In this document: positions 19,112-28,909 of the stretch, in pieces
Layout of the letters: each line of letters starts with the position of its first letter
How positions within the stretch are numbered: the stretch's first letter is position 1
Assembly: GCF_000143415.4 (NCBI RefSeq)
Contig: NW_003314333.1
Location: forward strand, 186,001 to 250,000
From: Selaginella moellendorffii
Taxonomy: Eukaryota > Plantae > Lycopodiophyta
Direction of reading: 5' to 3'
DNA length: 64,000 bases
Made by a program: the position numbers and the translations under genes
Notes under the pieces: model-generated
The model's input: only the letters and a program-made list of their open reading frames with translations
What the model was told of the DNA's origin: nothing
The model's database searches: none

Positions 19112-21994
19112 ATGCCCAGTTGGGGCAAATGCTGGAATTCTTCTGTGAATGGCTATTTAGCGCTTACGGAGCACCGGATGTCTCTTCAAGAGAAGAGACA
19201 TGTGCCCCTTCACGTGCAGCTGAGGAACAAGGTATGTGACCTGATTGCATCGTTGAAGTCGTGTGGCAGGTCGCGAGATTTGGAGGGAGGGCGACGACTT
19301 CACCGGCAAGCAGCTGATTGCGGGCTGGAGCACAACATGTACGTTGCGAGCAGCCTGGTAGATATGTACGCCAAATGCGGTAGCATGGCAGACGCTCGCA
19401 GCGTCTTCGACGGGATGCCCCGGCCTCCTGACTTGGTGCTGTGGAATGCACTTCTGTGGGGATATGCTACCAATGGCGAGGGAGAGATGGTTTTGCTGCT
19501 TCTTAAGGTAATGCACGTAAAGCACCACTGCTGCCCCCTGCCAGATGCCCAAACCTTCACTGCGGGTCTCAAGGCGTGTGCCTCTCTGGCGAATCAAGAA
19601 GAGGACTCTCAGCTAGGGGCTGTGAAGATGGTGTCACTAGAAAAGGCGATGTTTATTTCCTCTCGAGCTTCCAGAATATGCAAGGACGATGACAGGCTCC
19701 TAGCCAACACACTCATCAGCGTCTATGGCAAGTGTGGGAGCCCAGTCGACTCCCACATGGTGTTTGATAGGTTGCTGCGGCCAGATGCTGTGTCATGGAC
19801 CGCGCTCATTCTCAGCTATGCTGACAACGGGGATGGCCAATCCGCCCTCACACTCTTCCAACACATGCAAACAGATCGGAGCTATCCACCACCAAACGGG
19901 CGCACCTTTGTTGCTGTGCTCAAATCGTGTGCCAATTGCCTGGCAGCAAACGAGGAGGTGACGTTAATCGATGGTAAGCTCGTCAAGCTTGCGGCTCTGG
20001 AGGTAGGCATGGCTGTTCATGCCCAGCTGCTGCTCGTCATAAGCTCCAAGCCCGACAGGTACGTGGTGAGCTCACTCATGGATATGTACGTCAAATGTGG
20101 GAGCTTTGCCGATGCCTGTCTAGTGTTTGACGCTGCCTGGTCTAGACGTAACGTTGATCTCGTGTCATGGACCGTGCTGGTGCTGGGCTATGCTGGTGAA
20201 GGCAAGGCAGAGGCAGCTCTCGAGTGTTTTGAGCTCATGACGCGATGTGCAGGCTGTGATTCCATGGCTTTTGCTGCTGCGTTGAGAGCTTGCGCCAATG
20301 TGGCAGCAGCAACCATCGAGCCAGCAGGCAAGTTACGGGGCCTAGAAAATGGGATGGCTCTCCATGCTCACGCAAGAGAGAGGGGCTGCGAGGAAGACAA
20401 GGTTGTAGCCAACGCTCTTGTGGATATGTATGCCAAGTGCTGGAGTATGGTCGATGCTCAAATGGTCTTTGACAGGATGCGGCAACCTGATCTCAACGCT
20501 TGGACTTCACTCATTTTGGGCTATGTTGACAATGGCATGGCTGACTTGGCGCTGGAATCGTTTGCGTCCATGACTGCCACCTTAGATGCGGGGCTTGCAA
20601 CTTATACAGCTGCATTCAAGGCTTGTAGCAGTTTGGCAGCGGCCAAAGTGAATTCGAGGGGTTGTCAGCGCCTAGCAATTCTGGAGAAAGGCATGGCGCT
20701 CCACGCTCATGCTGCCAGCCGCCACACCCTTGCTTATCACACAGTCGTCTCCAACAGCCTTGTCGACATGTACGCCAAGTGTGGCAGCGCTGACGATGCA
20801 AGCCGAGTGTTTTCCACAATGCTGCAACCGGACGTGGTGTCATGCAATGCACTCATGTCGGGAGCTGCAATGCCTCGGGTTGCTCTGCACTTCTTCGAGC
20901 TCATGCTACAGAAACAATTAGATGGCTGTCAGCCAGATGCGTGGACGTTTGCCGCTGCTTTCAAGGCGCTGGCACGTCTTGCGGAAGGAGAACAAGGGTC
21001 GGGCATCTCCGAAACAGGAAGGCCTGGCGGCAAACATGTGGTAGCAAAGCTGGTGTCTCTGGAGCGATGCATGGCCGTTCATGCGCAACTTACACAAACA
21101 AAACTATCGGACACGGTGGTTGCCAACGCCCTGCTGGATGTGTATGCCAAGTGTGGAAGCGTTGCAGACATGCGCCGTGTTTTCGACAGCATCAAATATC
21201 ACACCGACGTGTCTTGGAATTCGCTCATCCGCGGGTGTGCCGTGAATGGCGAGGCAGAGCTCGCCCTGGCGCTTTCACGACAAAGAGATAGTAAGGCGTC
21301 CGATAGTGGGATCCCCGCGGCAAGGGCGTGCGCGGCACCTCTTTCGGCTTGCTCAAGTGTGGGGGACTCGGTCGCAACAAAGGCCATACACGCTCGCTTG
21401 TGCAGGTACCATGATCATGGCCCTCTCGACGATGGCGGGATCCTTGTCACTTGCCTCGTCGATGCGTATGCAAAGTGCGGCCGCATTGCTGACGCACAGC
21501 ACGTTTTTGACTCGGCTGCCTCCGACAGCATTGACATTGCTGGATGGAATGCTTTGATCTCGGGATACAGCCGCTCAGGACATGTGAGCGCCGCGTCCGC
21601 ACTGTTTGATCTCCTGGAGGAGAGCGGGCGTCCTCACCCAGACAGCGTAACATTCATCTGCCTTCTCACTGCGTGCAGCCATGGTGGATGCGTGGACAGG
21701 GCAAGGCACTACTTGCGAGTGATGCGTGATAAGTACGGCGCCTGTGCTGGCATTGAGCATTACCACTGCGTGGTTGACATGCTTGGCCGGGTGAACCAGC
21801 TGGATGCTGCTGTGGAGGTGCTCGAGGCAATGCCCTTTCAGCCCAATGCGGTGACTTGGACGCTGCTGCTAGATGCATCCTCCAGATGGAAGTGTGCTGG
21901 AGTGGGCCGTGCTGCACTCACATCGCTAGTTTCATTGGGATTAGATTATGAGGCTAGCAGCTACGTGCTTTCGGCCAACGTAAACACAGGCTAG
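19112..21994 (+). CDS. PLS-class PPR-E protein with extended L motifs
   Basis: 960-aa intronless ORF; PLS triplets; HYHCVVDMLGR, WTLLLDAS, SYVLSAN; true start may be downstream. Confidence 0.92.
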   Translation: MPSWGKCWNSSVNGYLALTEHRMSLQEKRHVPLHVQLRNKVCDLIASLKSCGRSRDLEGGRRLHRQAADCGLEHNMYVASSLVDMYAKCGSMADARSVFDGMPRPPDLVLWNALLWGYATNGEGEMVLLLLKVMHVKHHCCPLPDAQTFTAGLKACASLANQEEDSQLGAVKMVSLEKAMFISSRASRICKDDDRLLANTLISVYGKCGSPVDSHMVFDRLLRPDAVSWTALILSYADNGDGQSALTLFQHMQTDRSYPPPNGRTFVAVLKSCANCLAANEEVTLIDGKLVKLAALEVGMAVHAQLLLVISSKPDRYVVSSLMDMYVKCGSFADACLVFDAAWSRRNVDLVSWTVLVLGYAGEGKAEAALECFELMTRCAGCDSMAFAAALRACANVAAATIEPAGKLRGLENGMALHAHARERGCEEDKVVANALVDMYAKCWSMVDAQMVFDRMRQPDLNAWTSLILGYVDNGMADLALESFASMTATLDAGLATYTAAFKACSSLAAAKVNSRGCQRLAILEKGMALHAHAASRHTLAYHTVVSNSLVDMYAKCGSADDASRVFSTMLQPDVVSCNALMSGAAMPRVALHFFELMLQKQLDGCQPDAWTFAAAFKALARLAEGEQGSGISETGRPGGKHVVAKLVSLERCMAVHAQLTQTKLSDTVVANALLDVYAKCGSVADMRRVFDSIKYHTDVSWNSLIRGCAVNGEAELALALSRQRDSKASDSGIPAARACAAPLSACSSVGDSVATKAIHARLCRYHDHGPLDDGGILVTCLVDAYAKCGRIADAQHVFDSAASDSIDIAGWNALISGYSRSGHVSAASALFDLLEESGRPHPDSVTFICLLTACSHGGCVDRARHYLRVMRDKYGACAGIEHYHCVVDMLGRVNQLDAAVEVLEAMPFQPNAVTWTLLLDASSRWKCAGVGRAALTSLVSLGLDYEASSYVLSANVNTG

Positions 21995-22040
21995 CGACTG
22001 CAGGTGTCGCCGCAAATGCCCACACAGGTCATCTGCTTCA

Positions 22041-24185
22041 ATGCCAGGGATCTGGACTTCCCTACATAGAAATGGATATCGATGCCGCACCTCCAACGTG
22101 GAGCAGCTGGTGGCGCCAGTGTGGAGCCTAATTGCCGCGTTAAAATCCGCGTGCAGCACAAAGAACCTCGAGTTTGGGAAGCGAGTCCATGCCACAAGTG
22201 AGGGGACGCAGCTCTTCGCCTCCAACATCTACGCCGCCAACACCCTTGTCAGCATGTATGCCAAGTGCAGCAGTGACATGGCCGATGCGCAAGCGGCGTT
22301 TGATGCCATAGCCGAGCAGGAGCGCGACGTTATCTCATGGACCGCACTCGTGCTGGGATATGCATCCAAAGGCATGGGCCGTGTGGCCTTGGACCTCTTC
22401 CAACGCATGCAGCTGGAAGGCGGCTGCGAACCCGATGCCCGGAGCTACACTGCGGCTTTGATGGCAGTGACCAGCCTAGCACGCGACGACGTTACTTGCA
22501 AAAGGTTGTGGCTCGACATCGGCAGAGACCTTCACGTCCAGTCCGTTACCAGCGGATCATGTGGCTCGGACGTGTTTGTGGCGAGTGCCCTTGTGGACAT
22601 GTATGCAAAGTGTGGGAGCATGACGGATGCCCGAGCTGTGTTTGACGCAATGCCGCACCACGATCGCGACGTTGTCACCTGGACGGCCTTGATCCTGGGA
22701 TATGTGGACAACGGGCAGCCTGCTCAAGCTCTACACGCATTTGCTCAGATGCATGATCCGAGTGCTCTGACTTTCGTGGCGGCGCTCAAGGCCTGTGGCA
22801 GCCTGGGGGACCTCCACCGCGGGATGCTTATTCACTCTCAAGTTGCCAAGACTGGTTTGGATTCCAAGGACACGTTTGTCGGGGGCAGCTTGGTTGACAT
22901 GTACGTTAAATGCGGCAGCCTTGCAGATGCGTGGGAAACATTCCACAAGATGCAGCGCCGCGATGTCGTGTGCTGGACGAGCATCATCCTGGGCTATGCA
23001 GAAACTGGAGATTACAAGGTCGCATTCAGCCTGTTTGCATGGATGCAGCTCGAGGGTTGTCAACCGGACGCCCGATGCTTTGTCGCTGCGCTGACGGCAT
23101 GCTCTAGACTGGCAGCCGTGGAGGAAGCACAACCAGCCTGCGTGGTCTCGGATGGCAAGCATGGCTATCTTGGAGATGGTGGTCTAAAGCCTTCAACTCT
23201 GAAGTTGAAGGCTTTAGAGAGAGGGATGGGGCTCCACTCCCAAGCCTGGCAATGCGGCCACGACGGAGATATGTTCGTTGCAAACGCGCTTGTGGATCTC
23301 TACTCCAACTGCGGAAGCCTTTTAGATGCTCGCGGGACGTTCGACAGGATGTTCCACCGTGACGTGGTGTCGTGGAATGCCTTGCTCCTGGGATGCGCGG
23401 AGAATGGACAGGAGCTATTGGCTCTGGATCTGTTTGCGTGTATGAGGCACGAAGGTTGCAAGCCGGATGCTCGAACACACGTAGCTCTTCTCGTAGCATG
23501 CGGCAATGCAGCTATCAGCTATGGGAGGGAAATACACGCAGAGACATGCCGGAGTGGCCTCGAGGTCGAGGCATTCGTTGCAAGCTGCTTGGTCGGGTTC
23601 TATGGTAAATGTGGGAGCATCGGCAATGCCGTGCGTGTGTTTGAGACGCTAGACAGTGTGAGCCTGGTTACATGGAACGCGCTCATGGCTGCTTGCAGCT
23701 GCAACTGTGGCTCTAAGCTCGAGCAACAAGTCACAGTGTTCACCCTGTTTGAAAGGATGCAAGCTCAGGGTGTAAAGCCAGACGGTGTCACTTTCCTGTG
23801 TGTGCTCACCGCGTGCAACCATGAAGGTCTAGTAGACAGAGGCATGGCCTGCTTCGAGTCCATGTCCTCTAAGCACGGCCTCGGCCCAGCCATTCAGCAC
23901 TACCACTGCATGATTGACATGCTTGGGCGAATGAACCAGCTGCATGCCGCCTTGGACTTGGCTAAGACGATGCCTGTAGAGAAAACATTGGTGACCTGGA
24001 CCATACTGCTGGATGCATGCAAGAAGTGGAAGAACTTGGCAGTGGCACAAGAGGCATTTGAGTCACTACTCAAGCTTCCTGGCGGGAACTTGCAAGCGTC
24101 CGCATACGTTGTCATGGCAGGATTGTATGGAAGCCTGGGCATGTGGCAGGAGCAGTCTAAAGTGCTAGCCATGGCTGTCAAGTGA
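22041..24185 (+). CDS. PLS-class PPR-E protein
   Basis: 714-aa ORF; PLS triplets; ends AYVVMAGLYGSLGMW. Confidence 0.92.
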   Translation: MPGIWTSLHRNGYRCRTSNVEQLVAPVWSLIAALKSACSTKNLEFGKRVHATSEGTQLFASNIYAANTLVSMYAKCSSDMADAQAAFDAIAEQERDVISWTALVLGYASKGMGRVALDLFQRMQLEGGCEPDARSYTAALMAVTSLARDDVTCKRLWLDIGRDLHVQSVTSGSCGSDVFVASALVDMYAKCGSMTDARAVFDAMPHHDRDVVTWTALILGYVDNGQPAQALHAFAQMHDPSALTFVAALKACGSLGDLHRGMLIHSQVAKTGLDSKDTFVGGSLVDMYVKCGSLADAWETFHKMQRRDVVCWTSIILGYAETGDYKVAFSLFAWMQLEGCQPDARCFVAALTACSRLAAVEEAQPACVVSDGKHGYLGDGGLKPSTLKLKALERGMGLHSQAWQCGHDGDMFVANALVDLYSNCGSLLDARGTFDRMFHRDVVSWNALLLGCAENGQELLALDLFACMRHEGCKPDARTHVALLVACGNAAISYGREIHAETCRSGLEVEAFVASCLVGFYGKCGSIGNAVRVFETLDSVSLVTWNALMAACSCNCGSKLEQQVTVFTLFERMQAQGVKPDGVTFLCVLTACNHEGLVDRGMACFESMSSKHGLGPAIQHYHCMIDMLGRMNQLHAALDLAKTMPVEKTLVTWTILLDACKKWKNLAVAQEAFESLLKLPGGNLQASAYVVMAGLYGSLGMWQEQSKVLAMAVK

Positions 24186-26222
24186 CGATCGAATTCCATC
24201 ACAATGAGTATGCGCAGTAGCATTGTCACCTCCGCCTCCCTTGCTCATCCCCAGGGAGAACATGTCCGACTTCTCCTTCCACATGCCCACACTGCCGTAG
24301 ATGTTGCCCATGAGAACGTAAGCGGCATCCTCCGAGTCGTCCAGCTTCATCACACAGTCGAACGCCAGCCTTCCCAGCGCAACCTCCTTCCACTTGTGAC
24401 AGGCGGACAAGACGGTCATCCACGTCACGAGCTTCGGCTTGAACGGCATTGCCTTGACCATTGCCACCGCCTCGTGAAGCCGGTTAGCCCGGCCCAGCAT
24501 GTCGATGGCGACGTGGTAGTGATGAACGTCGGGGTCAACCCCATACTCGGCCGGCATGCTGCGGAAGCATTTCATCCCCTTATCTACGAGGCCTGCGCGG
24601 CTGCATGACGTGAGAAGTGCCGTGAGAGACATCTTGTCTGGCTCGACTTTCTCGAACACCATTTGATGAAAGAGATCGAACACTTGAGCCGTGGCTCCCT
24701 GGCAGCTGTAGCCCGATAGCATGGAGCTCCATGACACCACGTCCTTTCTCACCATCCAAGCGAAGACGAGCTCGGCAGCAGTTAGGCTGCCACACCGGCT
24801 GTAGCAGTCCACGAGGCAGTTTGCCACAATGGTGTTGCTCTCCACTCCTTGCCTGCAGATAACGGCGTGAATCCTCTTGGCGGCATCCAGTGCAACGATG
24901 TTACCGCAGGCAACCAACGCCGCCACAAACGTCTGGGGCCGTGGACTGTAGCCTTGCTGCTCCATGCACACGAACATGTGAAGAGCACCCTCGGCTTCTC
25001 CATTCTCGGCATAGCCAAGCATCATGGCAGTCCAAGTAACAGCATCTCGCGCTTGAGTGCTGTCAAACACCTTCTTGGCATCAAGCAGGCTCCCACACTT
25101 GGAATACATGTCGATGAGCGTGTTTGCCACAAACGGGACTGAGTCACAGCCACTTGTTCTCGACTGAGAGTGGACGTCCATACCCCTCTCCAGGCATCGT
25201 AACTTCACAAGCCTTCCATCGACCAGCCGCCCTTCTTCCTTGGTTGCAAGGCTAGCACAAGCCATGAGAGCTGCGACGTAAAGGCGAGAGTTGGGAGCAA
25301 AGTCCTGTTGATCTTGCATGACACTGAAAAGCATAAGTGCTGTTTCGGGCTCCCCATTCTCGACATATCCCAGAGTCAAGACTGTCCACGACACAATGCT
25401 ATGGCACGGAATCCTGTCAAAAACAGCGTGGGCTTGAGGCATGCTCCCACACTTTGACAAGAGGTCCATGAGCGTGTTGGCCACGAACACGTCCAAGCAC
25501 CCGTTAGTTGACGCTTGCCAGAATATAGCCATGCCTCTGTCCATGCACCTCTTTCTGTTGTCAACTCTCTTGCCTTCCTCCTTGGCAACCAAGCTCGCAC
25601 AGGCCACGAGAGCAGCAAGATAGGTGCGCCGGTCCGGCAGGCAGCCCTCGTCCGCCATGCGCGAGAAGAGTTCCAAGGCTTCCCCGCCTCGTCCAATCTC
25701 CGTATACGCCAGGATAAGTGTTGTCCACGACACGGCATCCCGGCGCTGCAACTTGTCAAACTCGGCACGAGCCTCCACCAGGTTTCCACACTTGGCATAC
25801 ATATTCACGAGCGAGTTTGAAGCGTAGCTGTCCTCTCCATCGCCCGTCAGGTGTCCCTTTTCAAGAGCATCAGCCTGGATCCTCTTGCCAGTCCCGAGTT
25901 CCTTGAGAGTGCCACACGCCTTGAATGCAGCTAGGACCGTCTGCCTGACTTGGTAGCAATGCTCCTGTGCAGCTTGCTTTCCTCCGAGCACCAGCGGGCC
26001 GTCATCTCCAGTCATGGGTTGCCTCCAACTCCATGTGTGGATCCGCGTCCACAAAGCCCTTGGCGGCCTGCATCCCTGCTGTGGAGCCAAGTGTGGGCAC
26101 CGAGGCATACACCGCTCCTTCGCCCCCAACAAATAGAAACTTGAGCAAAATATCAGACCCCAAGAGCGGCAGCCGAGGTTCTCCGCCTCATGGCCACCAA
26201 CACCTCGAACTGCTCTTGCCAC
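24165..26222 (-). CDS. PLS-class PPR-E protein (true start probably ~26108 or ~26015)
   Basis: PLS triplets; HYHVAIDMLGRANRL; AAYVLMGNIYGSVGMW. Confidence 0.9.
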   Translation of the reverse strand: MARAVRGVGGHEAENLGCRSWGLIFCSSFYLLGAKERCMPRCPHLAPQQGCRPPRALWTRIHTWSWRQPMTGDDGPLVLGGKQAAQEHCYQVRQTVLAAFKACGTLKELGTGKRIQADALEKGHLTGDGEDSYASNSLVNMYAKCGNLVEARAEFDKLQRRDAVSWTTLILAYTEIGRGGEALELFSRMADEGCLPDRRTYLAALVACASLVAKEEGKRVDNRKRCMDRGMAIFWQASTNGCLDVFVANTLMDLLSKCGSMPQAHAVFDRIPCHSIVSWTVLTLGYVENGEPETALMLFSVMQDQQDFAPNSRLYVAALMACASLATKEEGRLVDGRLVKLRCLERGMDVHSQSRTSGCDSVPFVANTLIDMYSKCGSLLDAKKVFDSTQARDAVTWTAMMLGYAENGEAEGALHMFVCMEQQGYSPRPQTFVAALVACGNIVALDAAKRIHAVICRQGVESNTIVANCLVDCYSRCGSLTAAELVFAWMVRKDVVSWSSMLSGYSCQGATAQVFDLFHQMVFEKVEPDKMSLTALLTSCSRAGLVDKGMKCFRSMPAEYGVDPDVHHYHVAIDMLGRANRLHEAVAMVKAMPFKPKLVTWMTVLSACHKWKEVALGRLAFDCVMKLDDSEDAAYVLMGNIYGSVGMWKEKSDMFSLGMSKGGGGDNATAHTHCDGIRSSLDSHG

Positions 26223-28597
26223 ATCCCAAGGCTGCCGTAGATGTTGGCCATCAGAGTGTAAGTGGCAGCATCGCTATCATCCAGCCTCAAGGACGCCTCA
26301 AACGCGAGCTTCCCCAGCGGCATGTTGTTCCACTTGCGGCACGCACCCAGCACGGTTGTCCATGTCACAAGTGTGGCTTCAAACGGCATGCTGGCAACCA
26401 TGGCAACCGCGTCGTCGAGCCGGTTGGCACGTCCAAGCATGTCTACCATGCAGTGATAGTGCCTGATCTCCGGCTGGATGCCGTATTGAGCATGCATTGT
26501 GGCAAACAATCGCTCGCCATCGTCGACCAATCCTCCATGGTTGCAAGCGTTGAGAAGAGAGATAAACGTCACAGCATTGGGTTGCACGGCTTCGTTCTTC
26601 ATGTCCTCAAAGAGTCGAAACGCCTGCTCGGTTCCTCCTTGGCAACTATAGCCCCCGATGAGTGCGCTCCATATCAGGACGTCCCTTGTTGTTTCCACAC
26701 CCGACGCATCAAACACGAGCTGCGCGTCCAGCAGCCTCCCACATTTGCCGTAAAAGTCCACCAGCCGATGCACCACGAAAGCATTGCCCCTGTCCAGCTC
26801 CTCGCGACAAATAAGAGCGTGAATCTGTCTTCCGGCATCCAGCGCCACCAGGTTCCCGCAAGCCATGAGTCCGGCAACGTAACTCCTTGCATCGGGCGCA
26901 CAGCTCGAACTCATCCTGGACAAGGTCTCGAGTGCCACCTCGTCTTCACCGTTCTCTACGTACCCCAGTAGGAGCGCATTCCAGGACACAAGGCTCCGGC
27001 CCTGCTTCATCGCATCAAACACTGCTCGAGCATCGGCCACACTCCCGCATTTGCAGTACATGTCGATGAGCGTGTTCGAAACAAAGACGTCCGACTCACA
27101 CCCGCTCTCGGCTGCCTGCGAATGAATCCGTGCCCCGGTTTCCAGGCTCTGGGCCTTGACAAGCCTACCGCTGCCAACTTCTCGTTGCCATTCCTCCTTG
27201 TCTGCCAAGGCCGCACAGGCTTTCAGAGCGGCGACGTAAGTCTCGGCACCATGGCCTTGCATGCGCTGATACAGCTCCAAGGCGAGGCCACACTCCCCGT
27301 TGTCCGTGTAACCCAGCATCAGCGCAGTCGACGCTACCACGTCGTGGCTCGGCATGCGCTGGAAGACTCGACAGGCCTCCACAAGGCACCCGCACTTTGC
27401 ATACATGAACACAAGCGTGCTTGCGACATAGACGTCAAACTCGTAGCCACTCGACCTTGCTTGTGCATGGACAGCCCGTCCCTTGCTCAGGCCCTCGTCT
27501 CGTGACGAGTGTTCCGCCACGCTGCAACAGGCCGTGAGAGCCGCAACAAAAGTCCGAGAAGTGGGAGCACAGCCGATGCGAGCAAAGAGGTCAAGAGCAG
27601 CGTCACCGTGCCCATTGTCTGCGTAGCCGGAGATCATCACGTTCCACGACACAACATCGCGGCGCACCATCCTATCGAACACGTTGCGGGCATTGACAAG
27701 GCTCCCGCACCTCGAGAAGACGTCGATCAGAGTGTTGGCCACGAAGGTGTCCGACTCGGCCCCAATCTCCACAGCTCCGGCATGAAGAGCGCAGCATTTG
27801 TCGAGGGACGCCACCTTAACGAGCTGGCCATCCATGAGCCGCCCCACCTCCTTGTCTGCCGAGGCCGCGCAAGCCACAAGCGCGGCCACGAAGGTCCGCG
27901 AGCTTGGTTGGCAGCCCCCCTGCGATGTCATGCTCGCAAACAGCTCCAAGCCCATGTCACCCTGCCCGTTCTCCGCAAAGCCGAGTATGAGGCAAGTCCA
28001 CGACACGAGATCGTGGAGCGCCATCCGGTCGAAGACCGCCCGAGCATCGAGCAGGCTGCCACACTTGGCGTACATGTCGATGAGAGCGCTGCCCACGAAC
28101 AGATCATTCTCCACCAGCTGCCCAGCCTGGGAGTGCAGAGACATTCCCCAGTCGAGGGCATCGAGCTTGGATTTGGTGGCGGCACTGGCAACACAGGCCC
28201 GGAGCGCGGCAAGGAACGTTGGAGCGGTGGGCGGGCAGCCGGAGGACGCCATGCAGTCGAGGAGGTGGCGGGCAGCGGCCGCATCGGCAGTGGCGGCGTA
28301 TCCCAGAATGAGGCTGTTCCACGACGCCTGATCGTGGCAAGGAATGCGCCAGAACGCGGCGCTCGCATCCCTGGTATGCCCACACTTGGCATACATCTCG
28401 ACGACGGCATTGTGCGCGTAGATGCTCCAGCCGCCCCTTTGCTCCGCGCCGCGGTGAATGCTTCGCCCCGCCTCTACCTCGCCTGTCGTGCCACACGCCT
28501 TGAGCGCCGCGATCACGCCCGCCCATCTCACCCCCTCTGCCGCCTCCCGGGCGGTCTGCTGCCTATACGAGAAGAAGCACCCGATCGAGCGGCGCAT
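26153..28597 (-). CDS. PLS-class PPR-E protein
   Basis: 814-aa ORF; PLS triplets; HYHCMVDMLGRANRL; ATYTLMANIYGSLGMW. Confidence 0.92.
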   Translation of the reverse strand: MRRSIGCFFSYRQQTAREAAEGVRWAGVIAALKACGTTGEVEAGRSIHRGAEQRGGWSIYAHNAVVEMYAKCGHTRDASAAFWRIPCHDQASWNSLILGYAATADAAAARHLLDCMASSGCPPTAPTFLAALRACVASAATKSKLDALDWGMSLHSQAGQLVENDLFVGSALIDMYAKCGSLLDARAVFDRMALHDLVSWTCLILGFAENGQGDMGLELFASMTSQGGCQPSSRTFVAALVACAASADKEVGRLMDGQLVKVASLDKCCALHAGAVEIGAESDTFVANTLIDVFSRCGSLVNARNVFDRMVRRDVVSWNVMISGYADNGHGDAALDLFARIGCAPTSRTFVAALTACCSVAEHSSRDEGLSKGRAVHAQARSSGYEFDVYVASTLVFMYAKCGCLVEACRVFQRMPSHDVVASTALMLGYTDNGECGLALELYQRMQGHGAETYVAALKACAALADKEEWQREVGSGRLVKAQSLETGARIHSQAAESGCESDVFVSNTLIDMYCKCGSVADARAVFDAMKQGRSLVSWNALLLGYVENGEDEVALETLSRMSSSCAPDARSYVAGLMACGNLVALDAGRQIHALICREELDRGNAFVVHRLVDFYGKCGRLLDAQLVFDASGVETTRDVLIWSALIGGYSCQGGTEQAFRLFEDMKNEAVQPNAVTFISLLNACNHGGLVDDGERLFATMHAQYGIQPEIRHYHCMVDMLGRANRLDDAVAMVASMPFEATLVTWTTVLGACRKWNNMPLGKLAFEASLRLDDSDAATYTLMANIYGSLGMWQEQFEVLVAMRRRTSAAALGV

Positions 28598-28909
28598 TCA
28601 TCGCATCGCCCTAAAACGCGAAGTGGAGGGAGGACGAGGGCTGACGTGTACGCGTGACGCCACATTCTCCCGCCAGCTGGCGGCGAAATTTTGATTTTTG
28701 TGTGAATGAATCAAAGTCGGACAGGGCGGCTGGGGCTTTCTCCCTTCGATCTCGTGGCTCTAATTCTCTCTCTCACTTGGATTTGTCAATTCGATTCCTG
28801 GCAAGGGCTGCTCCAGCGGCCGCGTGATTGCAACGCGTTTACAACGAGCTCCATGAGTCACGCGAGATCTAAGCTGCCCTGGTGATTGATTAGGGTATCA
28901 TAGGCCGCT

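Noticed and set aside
25967-28657. 334-aa and 382-aa plus-strand ORFs
   Set aside because: Antisense to PPR genes; no motifs.
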